Source: Anaerolineae bacterium
GTDB taxonomy: Bacteria > Chloroflexota > Anaerolineae > Epilineales > Epilineaceae
Reading direction: 5' to 3'
Assembly: GCA_038913135.1 (NCBI GenBank)
Contig: JBCLES010000011.1
Coordinates: 3,673-67,672, forward strand
Length of the DNA: 64,000 bases
The notes under the pieces: generated by a model
The model's input: the letters and a program-made list of their open reading frames with translations, nothing else
What the model was told of the DNA's origin: nothing
Database searches by the model: none
Program-made: the position numbers and the translations under genes
In this document: positions 39,745 through 50,811 of the stretch, one piece after another
Layout of the letters: every line of letters begins with the position of its first letter
Position numbering within the stretch: position 1 is the stretch's first letter

Positions 39745-40601
39745 GGAGACTCCTCCAGTGCGATGTCCTGAACGTCGATGCCGGCGCGCCACAAGGCCGA
39801 AAGCGGCTCGGCGCGCCGGCCGACCGGGATCCTGATGTGCACGCCGCGGCCGTTCCGCCTGGCGTCGAAGCCGGCGGCCGCTAAGACCGCGAGCGCCTCG
39901 TCCATGGTTTCGCGGGACAGGTCGAGCCGGAGAATGCCCATCGGCGCGATCGCCGCCTCGAGCGCGTGCGCATCGCATTCCACGCGCGTCCGGCCGAGAT
40001 CGAGCACCACCACGCGGTCGGCGACCGCCCTGACCTCGCCGAGCCGATGCGAGGTGACCAGGAGCGTCTTGCCGCTCGTCCTGAGGTCGGCGAGCAGCCC
40101 TAGGACGTCGGCGCGGGCATGCGCGTCAAGGCTCGCCGTCGGCTCGTCGAGGATGAGGAGCGGCGGGTCGCCGATCAGCGCTGCCGCGAGCGCGAGCCGC
40201 TGGCGCATCCCGCCGGAAAGCGCGCCGACCGCTTTCTTAGCATGATCCGTCAGGCCGACGCGCTCCAGCCTTGCCGACGGCTCGTCCTTGGGTGCCTTGC
40301 GCAGATCGGCGACGAAGCGGAGCAGGCCGATGGCGGAGAGTTCGTCATAGAGCGCTAGCCGCTGTGGTACGTAGCCGAGCAGCGCGCGTGCGGCACGGCC
40401 ATCGCGGCGCGCGTCATGACCGCCGACCGTGATCGTGCCGCGATACGGCACCTGCCCGAGGACGGCGCGGATTATCGTCGTCTTGCCGGCCCCGTTGTCA
40501 CCCCATAGCGCAAGGCTCCCGCCGTCGGGCACGTCGAAGGAGACGCCGTCCACCACGGTCGAGCGACCGAATCGGACGTGCAGGTCAGAAACGCGGATCA
40601 C
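39741..40601 (-). CDS. nosF: NosF ABC ATP-binding protein
   Basis: GDNGAGKTT, LSGGMRQR, ILDEPT; between nosD and nosY. Confidence 0.88.
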   Translation of the reverse strand: MIRVSDLHVRFGRSTVVDGVSFDVPDGGSLALWGDNGAGKTTIIRAVLGQVPYRGTITVGGHDARRDGRAARALLGYVPQRLALYDELSAIGLLRFVADLRKAPKDEPSARLERVGLTDHAKKAVGALSGGMRQRLALAAALIGDPPLLILDEPTASLDAHARADVLGLLADLRTSGKTLLVTSHRLGEVRAVADRVVVLDLGRTRVECDAHALEAAIAPMGILRLDLSRETMDEALAVLAAAGFDARRNGRGVHIRIPVGRRAEPLSALWRAGIDVQDIALEESP

Positions 40602-41971
40602 GATCGACCTCCGGTGGGCGTGCCGAATCCCCATCCGACCACGCTCGCCGCCCCGCCGACCAGCAGGGCCGCGAGCCATGCAAGCCCGCCTGCGGAAGTA
40701 GCAGGCGACACGACGCTGGCCGGCGGAGCAGCGACAATCGGGGCGTCGTCGGTGAGCGTCGGCGGCGGGCGGAAAATGGGGAAGGCGCGAGCCGCCAGGT
40801 CGAGCGCGTTCGCGGCCGGACTGTGGATGAAGAGCCGCAGCAAAGGGTGACGCTCGAGCATCGCGTCGAAGAGCGCGACCTCCACGTGCGGCCGGTCACC
40901 GATCCCGTCGCCGTCGGCATCAAGACCGGCGTAGTTGCTCCAATGATTGCCGACGCCTTCGAACGACCAGGCGTTGCCGTCCGCCGTCCGGCCGCCGGTC
41001 AGCGCGACCTGCTGGCCGTTCTCAACGAAACCGTTTCCTGAGAAATTGTTGCGCGCGACCGAAGGCTGGAGCAACGCGCCGATGTCGTTCCATGCGATCG
41101 TGTTGCGCTCGACCGTGTTGTGGACGTCCTGCCGGGAGGGCGAATTGTCGAGATAGAGACCAACCCGATTGCCGGCCATGACGTTGTCCGAAATCGAGAC
41201 CTCGTCGCTGTCCTTGAGCGCAAGCCCGTACCCGCTCGAGCCGTGGTTGGCGGCGAAGACGTTGTCGCGGATGGATAGGCCGGTCGAGTACATGATGAAG
41301 GCGCCGACCGAATTCCCTTCGAGACGATTGCCCTGAATGTCGCCATGATGCGAGTACATATAGTGCAATCCGTATCGGCCGTCGCGGATCGTGTTACCGG
41401 CGATGCGGAGGCGCTCGGAGTACCATATCACGACGTCGCGCGCGCCTTCGACGACGTTGTCCTCAATAATCGAGTCGTGGCTTTCCCACGCTCGGATGGC
41501 GTCGCCGCGGCGGGCGATGTGGATGTCGCGCCCTCGCACGATGTTGCCGCGCAGCACGCTGCGGCGCGCCGCCTTCAGGTTGATGCCGTACAGGACGTCT
41601 TCCAGGATGACGTCTTCGACGGTCACGCTCGCCTCCGCCCGGATGCCCGAGTCCTCCTTGTCGCCCCGATCGCCGCTGTTCCGGATGAGAAAGCCACGGA
41701 TCGAAGCACCCGCAGCCGTGATGGTCACCACGGTCCCCTCCCCGCCGCCGTCGATCACGGGCCGCTCGAAGCCGACGATGTCGACCGCGTGCTCAACCAA
41801 GATCGGACCCGGATGGACTCCGCCGCGAACCTCGATCCGATCACCGTCGCGAGCGGATTCGAGCGCGGCCGCGAGCCCCGCGTGATCGCCTCCAGGTGCG
41901 ACGACGATCGTGCGCGGCGTGAGCGTGAGCGCGAGCCCTACGATCGCCGATGCGGTGAGAAATCCGTTCAT
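40598..41971 (-). CDS. nosD: NosD maturation protein
   Basis: PVIDGGGEG, RRGDAIRAW, RYGLHYMYS, GNHWSNYAGLDADGDGIGD. Confidence 0.93.
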   Translation of the reverse strand: MNGFLTASAIVGLALTLTPRTIVVAPGGDHAGLAAALESARDGDRIEVRGGVHPGPILVEHAVDIVGFERPVIDGGGEGTVVTITAAGASIRGFLIRNSGDRGDKEDSGIRAEASVTVEDVILEDVLYGINLKAARRSVLRGNIVRGRDIHIARRGDAIRAWESHDSIIEDNVVEGARDVVIWYSERLRIAGNTIRDGRYGLHYMYSHHGDIQGNRLEGNSVGAFIMYSTGLSIRDNVFAANHGSSGYGLALKDSDEVSISDNVMAGNRVGLYLDNSPSRQDVHNTVERNTIAWNDIGALLQPSVARNNFSGNGFVENGQQVALTGGRTADGNAWSFEGVGNHWSNYAGLDADGDGIGDRPHVEVALFDAMLERHPLLRLFIHSPAANALDLAARAFPIFRPPPTLTDDAPIVAAPPASVVSPATSAGGLAWLAALLVGGAASVVGWGFGTPTGGRS

Positions 41972-42636
41972 CGACCGCGTTCCAGCTCGGCCGTCGCCGC
42001 GCGCCGGGCCGACCGTCGATAGTGCAGGCCTACGAGGATGAAAATCGAAGTGACCGCCGCCATCCAGAAGCCAGGGCCGACGGCCGCATCCGTCGAGAAT
42101 TGCCCGATAACACCGTGCCCGAGCAGGGTCGGCGTGAAGGGCTTGACCGCATTGGAGAGGGCGGCCCTCGGATCGAGGCCCTGGCCGTAGCTGCGAAGCC
42201 AGTAATACATGTCCCCGAGGAAGATGACGGGCAGGAGCACAGCCGGAAGGATCATCGGGGCGAACCACTTGCGATGGATGAAGGCCGTCGCCGCGACCAA
42301 GAGGACGATAACGGTCATCGCGATCGGCGCGAGCTGACGCTCGATCGAGGCGGCGTTCTTCAGTGGTGCCATGCCGATGTAGTGGTTGAGCCCGTCTATT
42401 TCGCTGATGTCGCCTTCTAGGTGGTCGATATAGACCGTGAGGTTCAGACCGGACGGGTACTGGGGTGCATTCAGCCGCATGTGCCAATACGGCATGAAGA
42501 TCGAGGCGACCAGAATCGCTGTGGCGGCGACGAAGAGGGTCGTCGAGACCATGAAGCCACGATGCCTTACGGTCGCTCGCGTGTGGGCGAGGTCGCGCTC
42601 CGTCGCTCCGAGCACTCGATCGATTATCCCGGCCAT
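41968..42636 (-). CDS. NosB-like membrane protein of clade II nos clusters
   Basis: PYW...APQYPSGL, GDISEIDGLNHYIGM, YGQGLDPRA; position after nosZ. Confidence 0.8.
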   Translation of the reverse strand: MAGIIDRVLGATERDLAHTRATVRHRGFMVSTTLFVAATAILVASIFMPYWHMRLNAPQYPSGLNLTVYIDHLEGDISEIDGLNHYIGMAPLKNAASIERQLAPIAMTVIVLLVAATAFIHRKWFAPMILPAVLLPVIFLGDMYYWLRSYGQGLDPRAALSNAVKPFTPTLLGHGVIGQFSTDAAVGPGFWMAAVTSIFILVGLHYRRSARRAATAELERGR

Positions 42637-42663
42637 CACTTGCTCCAATTCCACGGGTTGACG

Positions 42664-42693
42664 TGAGACGATTTGAGACAATTTGAGACGATG
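42664..42693. repeat. 10-bp tandem repeat x3
   Basis: TGAGACGATT TGAGACAATT TGAGACGATG. Confidence 0.75.
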
Positions 42694-42784
42694 TGTAAAG
42701 ATGAGGCGGGCCCGACCGTTGCCCAGGTTCGGGCCCGCCCTCCTGCACGTCGCGCCGCTGTGCGTATGCGTTCGTCGACGTCCG

Positions 42785-42810
42785 GCGCGAATGTATCGGT
42801 GGCCGAACCC
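42785..42810. repeat. 26-bp dispersed intergenic repeat, copy 2
   Basis: Identical to 724-749. Confidence 0.85.
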
Positions 42811-42828
42811 GACAGATTCAGCGTGGCG

Positions 42829-44901
42829 CTAGCGCTGCAGAGAGACGGCGCCTGACGGCTCGACCAGCATGTAGCCCGCCATCTCTAGGTGGAGCGCCGA
42901 GCAGAATTCCGTGCAGTAGTAGGTGAAGACACCGGTCTCGCTGGCCGTGAACGAGAAGCTCTCGCTCTCGCTGGGCTCCAGCGACAGGTTGATGCCGTAG
43001 ACCGGGATGGCGAAGCCGTGAGTCGCGTCGTGCGCGGTTTCCAGGCTGGTGATGTGCCACGTGACCTCGTCGCCTTCCTGAAGTTCCACGCGCTCCGGGG
43101 TGAAGTGGCTTCGGATGGCCGTCATGAAGACCTCGACCTGATTGCCATCCCGCTCGACGCGCTCCTCGCCGGGAGCGACTGCGTTTTCGGATCGCGTCTG
43201 CGTGCTTGGATCCCAGCCGACCTCCGGATAGATCTCCCATCCATTGAGCTTGTCGGCCTTGATGATCTGGGCATAGTGCGGTTCCCCGACACCGAGCGGC
43301 ATGTCGTAGATCACCGGCATGTTCTGACCGGGCGTCGAGATGTCGATCAGCTGCAAGTTCTGAGGCAGGAGCGGCCCGACGTTCTGGAAGCGATCGATCG
43401 ACCACTTGTTGAGCGAAACGAGGAAGCCGCCGTCAGGGCTGACGGTATCCCCTTCTGCGGTCGCGATGTGACCTACGTTGTATTGCACCGGCGTCTTCGT
43501 CACGAGCGTCCACGGCTCCTCGCCGTCAGGCAGCGAGTCGCCGTCCATCGTCCAGCGGGCGACCGCCGTGTCGAGGAAGAGGCTGGTGTACGCATAGCCG
43601 TCGGGGCCGAACTGAGTGTGCAGCGGGCCGAGCCCGAGCTCGACCTGCGCCTCGACGACCGCGTCGAACGGCAGCACCGGTACGCCGTAGTCATCGGTGT
43701 CCCACTCCCCGGCCGCGATAGCGTCCTGGATCTTTTGCCAGCTGTAGACCGTCACATGTGGGTCGAGCTTGCCGGCGACAACGATGAACTCGCCGTCCGG
43801 CGAGACATCGGCCCCATGCGGGCTCTTCGGCTCCGGCGCGAAAAAGAGCAGGTCTTCCGCAATAGCGACGTCGAGCGGGATAACCGTCATGCCGTTGATC
43901 TCGACCGTCGAGTTGCCAGTCGCGACCTCGGCGGCCTTCTCGAGGTTGATGATATGGAGATAGTCCATGTCGTTCTGCGACGCGCCGGATTCGAAGAAGA
44001 CGCCTTCGTCCGTGCCATCGTGGCCCGTGGCCATCTCGGTGTTGAGGCTATTGCAGACGACCCAGCCGTCGCTGGCCAGCTTGCCCGCGTCGCAGAGGTC
44101 CTGCCAGTACGGCGGAAGCTCCATCGCGAACGAGGCATCCTTGTCGATCCGGCCATTCTCGCGATCGAACTTCCACATCGTGATGTGGCCGCGATATTCA
44201 TCAGCGTAGTCTTCGATCGGCGCGTATGTCCCGCCGAGCGGCTGAGGGAACTGCCCGCCTTCGATCACCCAATCGGTGTTCGGCGTGACCATCGCCGCGC
44301 CGTGGTCGCTGTCGCTGATCGGGTTCTTGACGATCTGCTTCGTCTCGAAGTCCCGGAGGTCGATCACCGCGATGCGCGCGTTCGCCTTGTCGTTGATGAA
44401 CACGAACTCGCCGTCGTAATCGCCGTCGGTCTCGGAGAGCGCCGGATGGTGGGTGTCGGCCCAGCGAACTTCGTTACCGCGGATGTCCCCTTCAGCCAGC
44501 ACGTCCATGGAGCCCTGCGCCCCGAAGCCCCACCCCTGCCACGGCTCGGGCGTGAACACACCGATCATCTTCAGGAGGCGCATCGAGGGGACCCCGATCA
44601 CCAGGAGTTGACCGCTGTGGCCGCCCGACGCGAACATCACATAGTCGTCGTGGCGCCCGCTCGGCATGAAGGTCTTGAGAGCCGCGCTCACGTCGTCAGG
44701 CGAAAGCCCACGTGCCGCCGCGATGTCTTCCGCTGAACCGGAGACAGCGATCTGCCCGCTGCCGCCGGAACCGCCCGGCCGATCGGCCGCCGGCGCCTCG
44801 CGCGGCTGGCCGCTGGTATCCACATCTTCGCGGCCGCATGCGATAGAGAGCATAGGTAGGACCAAAGTAATCCCCACTAATACAATTAAGCGCTTCATCA
44901 T
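42829..44901 (-). CDS. nosZ: Nitrous-oxide reductase, clade II (Sec-type, lipobox)
   Basis: SGGHSGQ, DTHHP, SPHG, GLGPLH, EPHY (CuZ) and HGF...YCTEFCSALHLEM (CuA); LSIAC lipobox, no Tat motif. Confidence 0.97.
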   Translation of the reverse strand: MMKRLIVLVGITLVLPMLSIACGREDVDTSGQPREAPAADRPGGSGGSGQIAVSGSAEDIAAARGLSPDDVSAALKTFMPSGRHDDYVMFASGGHSGQLLVIGVPSMRLLKMIGVFTPEPWQGWGFGAQGSMDVLAEGDIRGNEVRWADTHHPALSETDGDYDGEFVFINDKANARIAVIDLRDFETKQIVKNPISDSDHGAAMVTPNTDWVIEGGQFPQPLGGTYAPIEDYADEYRGHITMWKFDRENGRIDKDASFAMELPPYWQDLCDAGKLASDGWVVCNSLNTEMATGHDGTDEGVFFESGASQNDMDYLHIINLEKAAEVATGNSTVEINGMTVIPLDVAIAEDLLFFAPEPKSPHGADVSPDGEFIVVAGKLDPHVTVYSWQKIQDAIAAGEWDTDDYGVPVLPFDAVVEAQVELGLGPLHTQFGPDGYAYTSLFLDTAVARWTMDGDSLPDGEEPWTLVTKTPVQYNVGHIATAEGDTVSPDGGFLVSLNKWSIDRFQNVGPLLPQNLQLIDISTPGQNMPVIYDMPLGVGEPHYAQIIKADKLNGWEIYPEVGWDPSTQTRSENAVAPGEERVERDGNQVEVFMTAIRSHFTPERVELQEGDEVTWHITSLETAHDATHGFAIPVYGINLSLEPSESESFSFTASETGVFTYYCTEFCSALHLEMAGYMLVEPSGAVSLQR

Positions 44902-45100
44902 CGTCTCCTCCAGCGTCGGGCTCAGCACAGATCGCTCGTTCGCGATGCTCGGCCCGCAGTTGTACTTCAGGCTACTTTCAGAGCGACCACTCAGCATCGG
45001 GCAGGTTGGCATGGTGTTATCCGCCGAATGGCTTAGGGGCCGGCAGACCGCCGAACTCGACTGATGGCCCATGATCCGGCCTGGGCTATACTCGCCGGCC

Positions 45101-45763
45101 ATGACCACGATCTCAGTACTTGTAGTCGACGACCATCCGCTTTATCGGCGAGGAATCCGCATGGCCTTGTCCGGGCAGCCGGACGTGGACATCGCCGCTG
45201 AGGTCGGCACTGCGGCCGAGGCCATCGAGTGCTGTCGGACACTTAAGCCGAACGTCGTCCTGCTTGACCTCAACCTGCCGGACGGCAGCGGTATCGATGC
45301 CGCGCGCACCATCCGCGTCGAGTGCCCCGAAACCCGCGTGATCGCTCTCACCGCATATGCCGACGACGCCTATGTCTTAGCGCTCGCCGATGCCGGTGCC
45401 CGGGGGTATCTGCTGAAGAATTCGACCGACGCCGAGATAGTGGGCGCGGTGCGCAGAGTAGCGGCCGGGGAGTCCGCTTTCACTGGCGCAGCCACAGACG
45501 TGCTGCTCAAGCGAGCGCGAGGCGAAACCGACGATTTGGACGAATTGACCGAGCGTGAGCGCGAGGTGCTCCAACACGTTGCTTCAGGGCTCACGAATCG
45601 TGAGGTGGGACACGTGCTCGGCATAAGCGACAGGACGGCGCAGGCGCATCTTTCCCACATATTCGAGAAGCTCGGGGTGGCGTCGCGCACCGAGGCGGTG
45701 ACCGTCGGACTGCAGCGCAGACTTATTCGCCTGGCCAAGCCGGACGGCGGCGCGGAAGCCTGA
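45101..45763 (+). CDS. NarL/LuxR-family response regulator
   Basis: VVDDHP, VLLDL, GYLLK, LTEREREVL...HIFEKLGV. Confidence 0.95.
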   Translation: MTTISVLVVDDHPLYRRGIRMALSGQPDVDIAAEVGTAAEAIECCRTLKPNVVLLDLNLPDGSGIDAARTIRVECPETRVIALTAYADDAYVLALADAGARGYLLKNSTDAEIVGAVRRVAAGESAFTGAATDVLLKRARGETDDLDELTEREREVLQHVASGLTNREVGHVLGISDRTAQAHLSHIFEKLGVASRTEAVTVGLQRRLIRLAKPDGGAEA

Positions 45764-45927
45764 AGTGGCCATGACCATCACTTTCGTCGCGTGACTCGAT
45801 CGCTCGTGGATTTTGATTTGCGACATCGAGAATTTTGACGTACCTTGCCGCCATGGCGATAGGGTTCGGGGATTTCATCCGCTCCGTTCGTCCGGCGGTC
45901 GCGCCAATTCGGAGCCGACCTCATCGC

Positions 45928-46542
45928 ATGACGACCGACGAAGATATCCGTAACCTTCCGCTCGCCGCCATCATTGCACACTGCGGCGAAGAGACAGCCA
46001 ACTATCGCCAACGCCGCGCCCACGATTCGCGCTATTGCTTGGAACTGTTCCGGCGCTCGTTCGAGGACGGGGATCAGCGGGCGTGGGACGCCGTGTTCGC
46101 GCGCTTCTGGAAAGCTAAACGGAGCACCGATTTCGACTTCTCCAGCCTGTCCAAGGTCTTGTCGTACCTCGCCTATTGCGTCGGCACGGAGATAATCGAC
46201 GACGACAGGCGCCGTAAACGCGACGCGCTCGAAGGCTCGGGCGAACTAGACGCGAAGCTTCCATCGGAGGACGATCCGGAAGAACAAGCCCTTTCAGGAG
46301 CGCGCAGCGATCCCTGTTGGCAGGCGATCATGGACCGGGTGAAGAATGAGAGTGAGCGGCTGTACTCCAACCTCGGATTACGCCTCGGATTCAAGCCGCG
46401 GCAGATCGCTGCGATGCATCCCAAGCTGTTCCCGGACGCGGCCGCCGTGCATCAGACACGCGCTAATTTCATCGCGCGTCTCCGCCGCGACGACGATCTC
46501 CGGGCAATCTGTGGAGTTCTGCTCAACGATAGGGCCGCGTAG
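45928..46542 (+). CDS. ECF-like sigma-70 factor, probably internally deleted
   Basis: CGEET..YR, YCLELFRR...AW, FARFW, GFKPRQI...P.LF; next to an anti-sigma-like gene. Confidence 0.6.
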   Translation: MTTDEDIRNLPLAAIIAHCGEETANYRQRRAHDSRYCLELFRRSFEDGDQRAWDAVFARFWKAKRSTDFDFSSLSKVLSYLAYCVGTEIIDDDRRRKRDALEGSGELDAKLPSEDDPEEQALSGARSDPCWQAIMDRVKNESERLYSNLGLRLGFKPRQIAAMHPKLFPDAAAVHQTRANFIARLRRDDDLRAICGVLLNDRAA

Positions 46543-46617
46543 ACTGGGTACATCTACCGAACCCCCACGTACGATTTTCCCGTCAGTTGCGTTCATCTTG
46601 TTACCAGGAGTCGCCTT

Positions 46618-47421
46618 GTGTCGACCGATAGACTGGATGACGCCAAATTCGCCCCATTCGATGACGCAACCCTGTACTCCTTCTTGGACGGCGCTGTTGA
46701 CCCGTTGACGGCGGAAGCAATCCGAGCTTCGGCCGAATCGATGGCCCGCGCGGAAGCGCTCCGCCGCGAGTACGTCCGCCTGCGGACGGCTTTCGACCGC
46801 ATCGATTGCCTGGAGACCGATGTCCTCTTGGATCACGTGACCGGCACCCTGAGCCGCGATTCCATGCGCGCCGTCGTCGCTCATCTCGAACAGTGCCCTC
46901 TCTGCTCCGGGGAGGCCGAGATGTTGGCCTCCTTTCGCGAAGTAGAGAACGAACTGGAGCCTGAGACGATCGGAGAGCGGTTGAGGCGGATCATCGCGAC
47001 GCTCGTTTCGGGACCGGGCTTCGTGGGCGGCGGGCAGACGGTTGAGTTGCGCGGCGGTGACGGCGAGCCCTGGATCTTCGAGGCCGGCGAAGCGCTGATC
47101 TCACTGGTCGCCGGCGTCGATCCTGAGTTGCCGGACCGGAGGGAGATCGCCGGGCAGGTCACCGGGGTCGAGGCGGCGGGTTGGACCGCGGAGGTGTGGG
47201 CGGCAGTCGTCGAAGGTGGGGACGACGTGGAATTTGAAGTCCTCGAGGGGGCTGAGGGTGACGACGCGGACGAAGTCGGCCAAGTGGGACGGGATTCTGT
47301 GGCTTCCTCGATCATCGACGACTTTTCGACGTTCGCGATCGGCGGTTTGATGCCGGGTACATACGTTGTGGTCCTGCGCGGTCCCGAAAGCCGTATCCGG
47401 GTAAGCAAGCTCTCGCTCTGA
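46618..47421 (+). CDS. Zinc-finger (HxxxCxxC) anti-sigma-like protein
   Basis: HLEQCPLC, LRRIIATL, LRG, F...GLMPGTY. Confidence 0.7.
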   Translation: MSTDRLDDAKFAPFDDATLYSFLDGAVDPLTAEAIRASAESMARAEALRREYVRLRTAFDRIDCLETDVLLDHVTGTLSRDSMRAVVAHLEQCPLCSGEAEMLASFREVENELEPETIGERLRRIIATLVSGPGFVGGGQTVELRGGDGEPWIFEAGEALISLVAGVDPELPDRREIAGQVTGVEAAGWTAEVWAAVVEGGDDVEFEVLEGAEGDDADEVGQVGRDSVASSIIDDFSTFAIGGLMPGTYVVVLRGPESRIRVSKLSL

Positions 47422-47471
47422 TCCGGCGCTCCATCGTCAGTTGGAAATATCGCTCATCTAGCCGGCACTTC

Positions 47472-49429
47472 ATGCACGATTTCTCAAACGACACTCTTTT
47501 CGAGCACCTCATCGCCCTCCCGACGGCCGGCGAGCGGAGCCTGTTGCTGCGCCAGGAAGACGGAGGGCTCGACGCCGCCGGTGTCGAACGCCTCGCCGAG
47601 CGCCTCAAGGATCACGCCAACGCCTGCTTCCTGAAGAGCGTCGAGGAGTGCGACGAATTCGCCGAGTTGATCCTTGAGCTTGGGCGGATCGCCGAGGCTC
47701 CATTGGTCCACGCCACAGGCACTCGGATCAGCGCGTTAGTCGACTATGTGCGGACCAACGACGCGGCGGGAGCCCTGCGCAGATTCGACGAGGCGTCGGC
47801 AATTCACCTTGATCACGATGATCCGGTGGGCTGGGCGCTCGTCCAATCCCTTAGGATCATCCCACTCGCCGAGCTCGGCCGGCTCGACGAGGCGCTCGAG
47901 ATGCTGCGGGCCGCCGGCGACGACGGGGCGCGGGACGTCCCGAACACGCAGCAGACGAAGGGCACGATCCTGGTCAATCTGGGTCGGTCGCGCGAAGCGA
48001 TTGAGGTCTTGCTCGATGCCTTGGAGGAATCGAAACGGCTCGGGCAGACGTCGATTGGCGCTCAGCTCATCGCGAATCTCGGCCGAGCGCGTTTCGCTGT
48101 CGGCTTGTTCGCGCGCGCGCTTTCGGCCTACGAGCACGCCCATGATCTGTTCAGGAAGAACGCCGCCGCGATTTCGCATGAGCTCGGCGCGACGGAACGG
48201 GCCGTGGAGCTGATCGACGCGGTCGTTGACTTCGCCGCGAAGGAAATGATCGACCACCTCATGCTCGATGCCCTTAGGCTCCGCGCGGACATCGACCACG
48301 ACGCCGGCGAAATGGAGACCGCGCTCGCGTTCTACCTGAGGGCGATCGGCTGGTGCTCGAACGGGCTCGGCTCATCGAACATTCTTCTCGACTGGACTCA
48401 GACATCAGAGAGGGGCCGGTTCAGTCGGAGTCGGAAACCGATATGGGACTTGCACGATCGGAGTCGGACAAGGACAAGCGCGCGATCAGGCGGATCGAAC
48501 GACAAATCGGGGCGCTTCGGGATTCGCGGATCGTACGGAGCCTGGACTTTGTCGGCGACGGCGACGTTTGGTCGATGGAGGCACCGGATATCGGACCGTA
48601 TATCCCTCCGCGGACGGTGTTGCTGGAGTTCTTCCGCGTCGGCGACAGTTTCGTAGGTTTCGCGATCACAAGGGACGGAGCGTCCTCGGTTCGCCTGGAT
48701 ATGGACGAACGAAAAGTGCGAGAACTTTTACGCGCGTTGAACTTTAATTTCATGACGGCGCCACATGCCGATGCACGACACCTCGCGGATCTGACGGCGA
48801 GAGCGAACACCATCCTTGGGCAATTCCACGCGGGCTTGATCGCTCCCTTCTCGGACCAGATCGCCGCCGCCACCACCATCTTGGTGGTACCCCACGGCAA
48901 CCTTCACTACGTGTCGTTCCACGCGCTCCACGACGGCCGAACGTACCTCGCCGCCACCCACAACGTGAGCTATCTGCCGGCGGCGAGCCACCTCATCGCC
49001 ATCCGTTCACGTGCCGAGAAAACGGGAACGGCGACGGCCGCGCCGTTCGCCATGCTCGCGATCGGCCACGATTGCGGAGGGCGCCTGCCGAACGCCATCG
49101 AGGAGGCACGCGAGGTGGCGAGAATGTGGGGCGGAACGACATTGCTCAACTCGGCGGCGACCAGGGCGAGCTCGATTGTGGCCAGCCTCTGGAAGATCGA
49201 GGACCGCTGCGGAAGCGACTTCATGCGATGCTTCTATTCGGCACTCCGCGGCGGCCGGACGAAGGGCGAGGCCCTGAGCGCGACGTATCGCGAATTCATG
49301 GACGGTCGGGTCGGCGGCACCGATGAAGCGGGTAGTGCGCGCGAGAAATACGGCGATCGATACGTTCATCCGTACTACTGGGCCCCGTACATGTTGATCG
49401 GGGATCCGGGAATGCTCCGATCGATATAG
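47472..49429 (+). pseudogene. TPR + CHAT (caspase-like) protein, frameshifted and internally deleted
   Basis: TPR-like helices in 47472-48350; second frame has LVVPHGNLHYVSFHAL, IVASLWKIED, HPYYWAP but no HG or SAC catalytic segments. Confidence 0.75.
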
Positions 49430-49478
49430 GCGGGCGGGCGAAAGTGCGCGCATCACACATATGTCCCGGGGGGGGATC

Positions 49479-50682
49479 ATGAATACCGAGCCTTCGAATA
49501 CTGTCCAGCGCTTTATACCAAGGTTGATCGACTACATCCGACATTATCGGGTGATCGCAGTGCCGTTGATCGTGGTCCTGTTCATATGGTTGCTCTACTG
49601 GACGCTTGCTGAGAAGCGCGAGGATCCGTCGTATGTCGCGAATCAGATCATCGTGGCGGGGGACCCTGACGTCATCGATGAGGTCATCCAACGGGCATTG
49701 CCCGGAGCGATAAGGCTGAGCTCGATCGAGAGCGTGAAATCCTCCGATTGCGATTGCGATCTCGAGTTGGAGCCCATCGAGACGAGAGAGCCTCCGCTTG
49801 AAGATGCTGAATCAGCGACAACAACGCTTGAAGGAACGACTTCAACTCCCTTGCCTCCGGCGGTGGAGGAGTCAATTGACGATCCTTTTGAGCACCCGCT
49901 CAACTTCGCCATTCAGTTACTCGACGTTTCAAGCGTGGTATATGCCGAGGAATCGAGAGACGGAGCTAAGTCCGGTGGATCGACCTCGGTCGACAACACC
50001 GTGCGCGCGATCGGTGAAGTGTATGAGGCTGTCAACAGTATCAACGGGAAGCCAGGCGCTATACCTGCGGCTTTGGTCGCGGATCCGAACTACATCGTCA
50101 CGAGTTCTAAGAAGACCATGGATCCGAACGATGGTCCTGGCGGAATCGGTGCCCGCTTTCGTCGTAATACACAAGACTTCGAAGCTTCCTGCCCTATACG
50201 ATTCCGTCATCAGCGTCACCGGAACGCGGATCGACACTTCCACTAGGTCGTGCTTCGCGAACGCGGGTCAAGTCTCGGCGGCGGCAGGAGGAGACACCGC
50301 CTCTCCTTGTGCAATAGGTGTTGCCGCCGCTTGTCGTGATGCGAATGCCTCACGGACAGCGGAAGGTTGTGATAATGCGATCATCGCGCTCGTCAATCCA
50401 GCGTCCTTCATCGGCCTCCCCAACAGTGCTGAATTCTCTAGCGGATATGCTTTCTGGACCGGCACGTCGTTCGCGTCTCCTCTGGTTGCGGGTGGCATCG
50501 CCAGAGTCATGGAGAAGTATCCGGCAGCGGCGCGCACACCAGCCACCATCAGGCAGGTGGTCCATTGCGGGGCCATCGGCACGAGCAATCCCGGCCCTCT
50601 GCCTACGCCCGACATTAACACGCCGCTAGGGGCCGGCAGTATCGATTGGGCGGTTGCGCTCAGCACTCAATGCGCGCCCTGA
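49479..50682 (+). pseudogene. S8 subtilase remnant
   Basis: N-terminal TM and prodomain-like part, then another frame with GYAFWTGTSFASPLVAG; catalytic Asp/His motifs not seen. Confidence 0.65.
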
Positions 50683-50811
50683 TCGAGAGCAGGCAACAAG
50701 GGTCGCGCTAAACCGAATGATCCGGCAGACGTCGAAGCCAACCGCCTGATCGAACGGATCGAACGCATCGACCTCCCTCACGACGCCCCTTGTCGCCCAC
50801 GGCAAGGGGCG

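Noticed and set aside
44902-45100. DosR or FNR box in the nosZ promoter
   Set aside because: No convincing match to either consensus palindrome.
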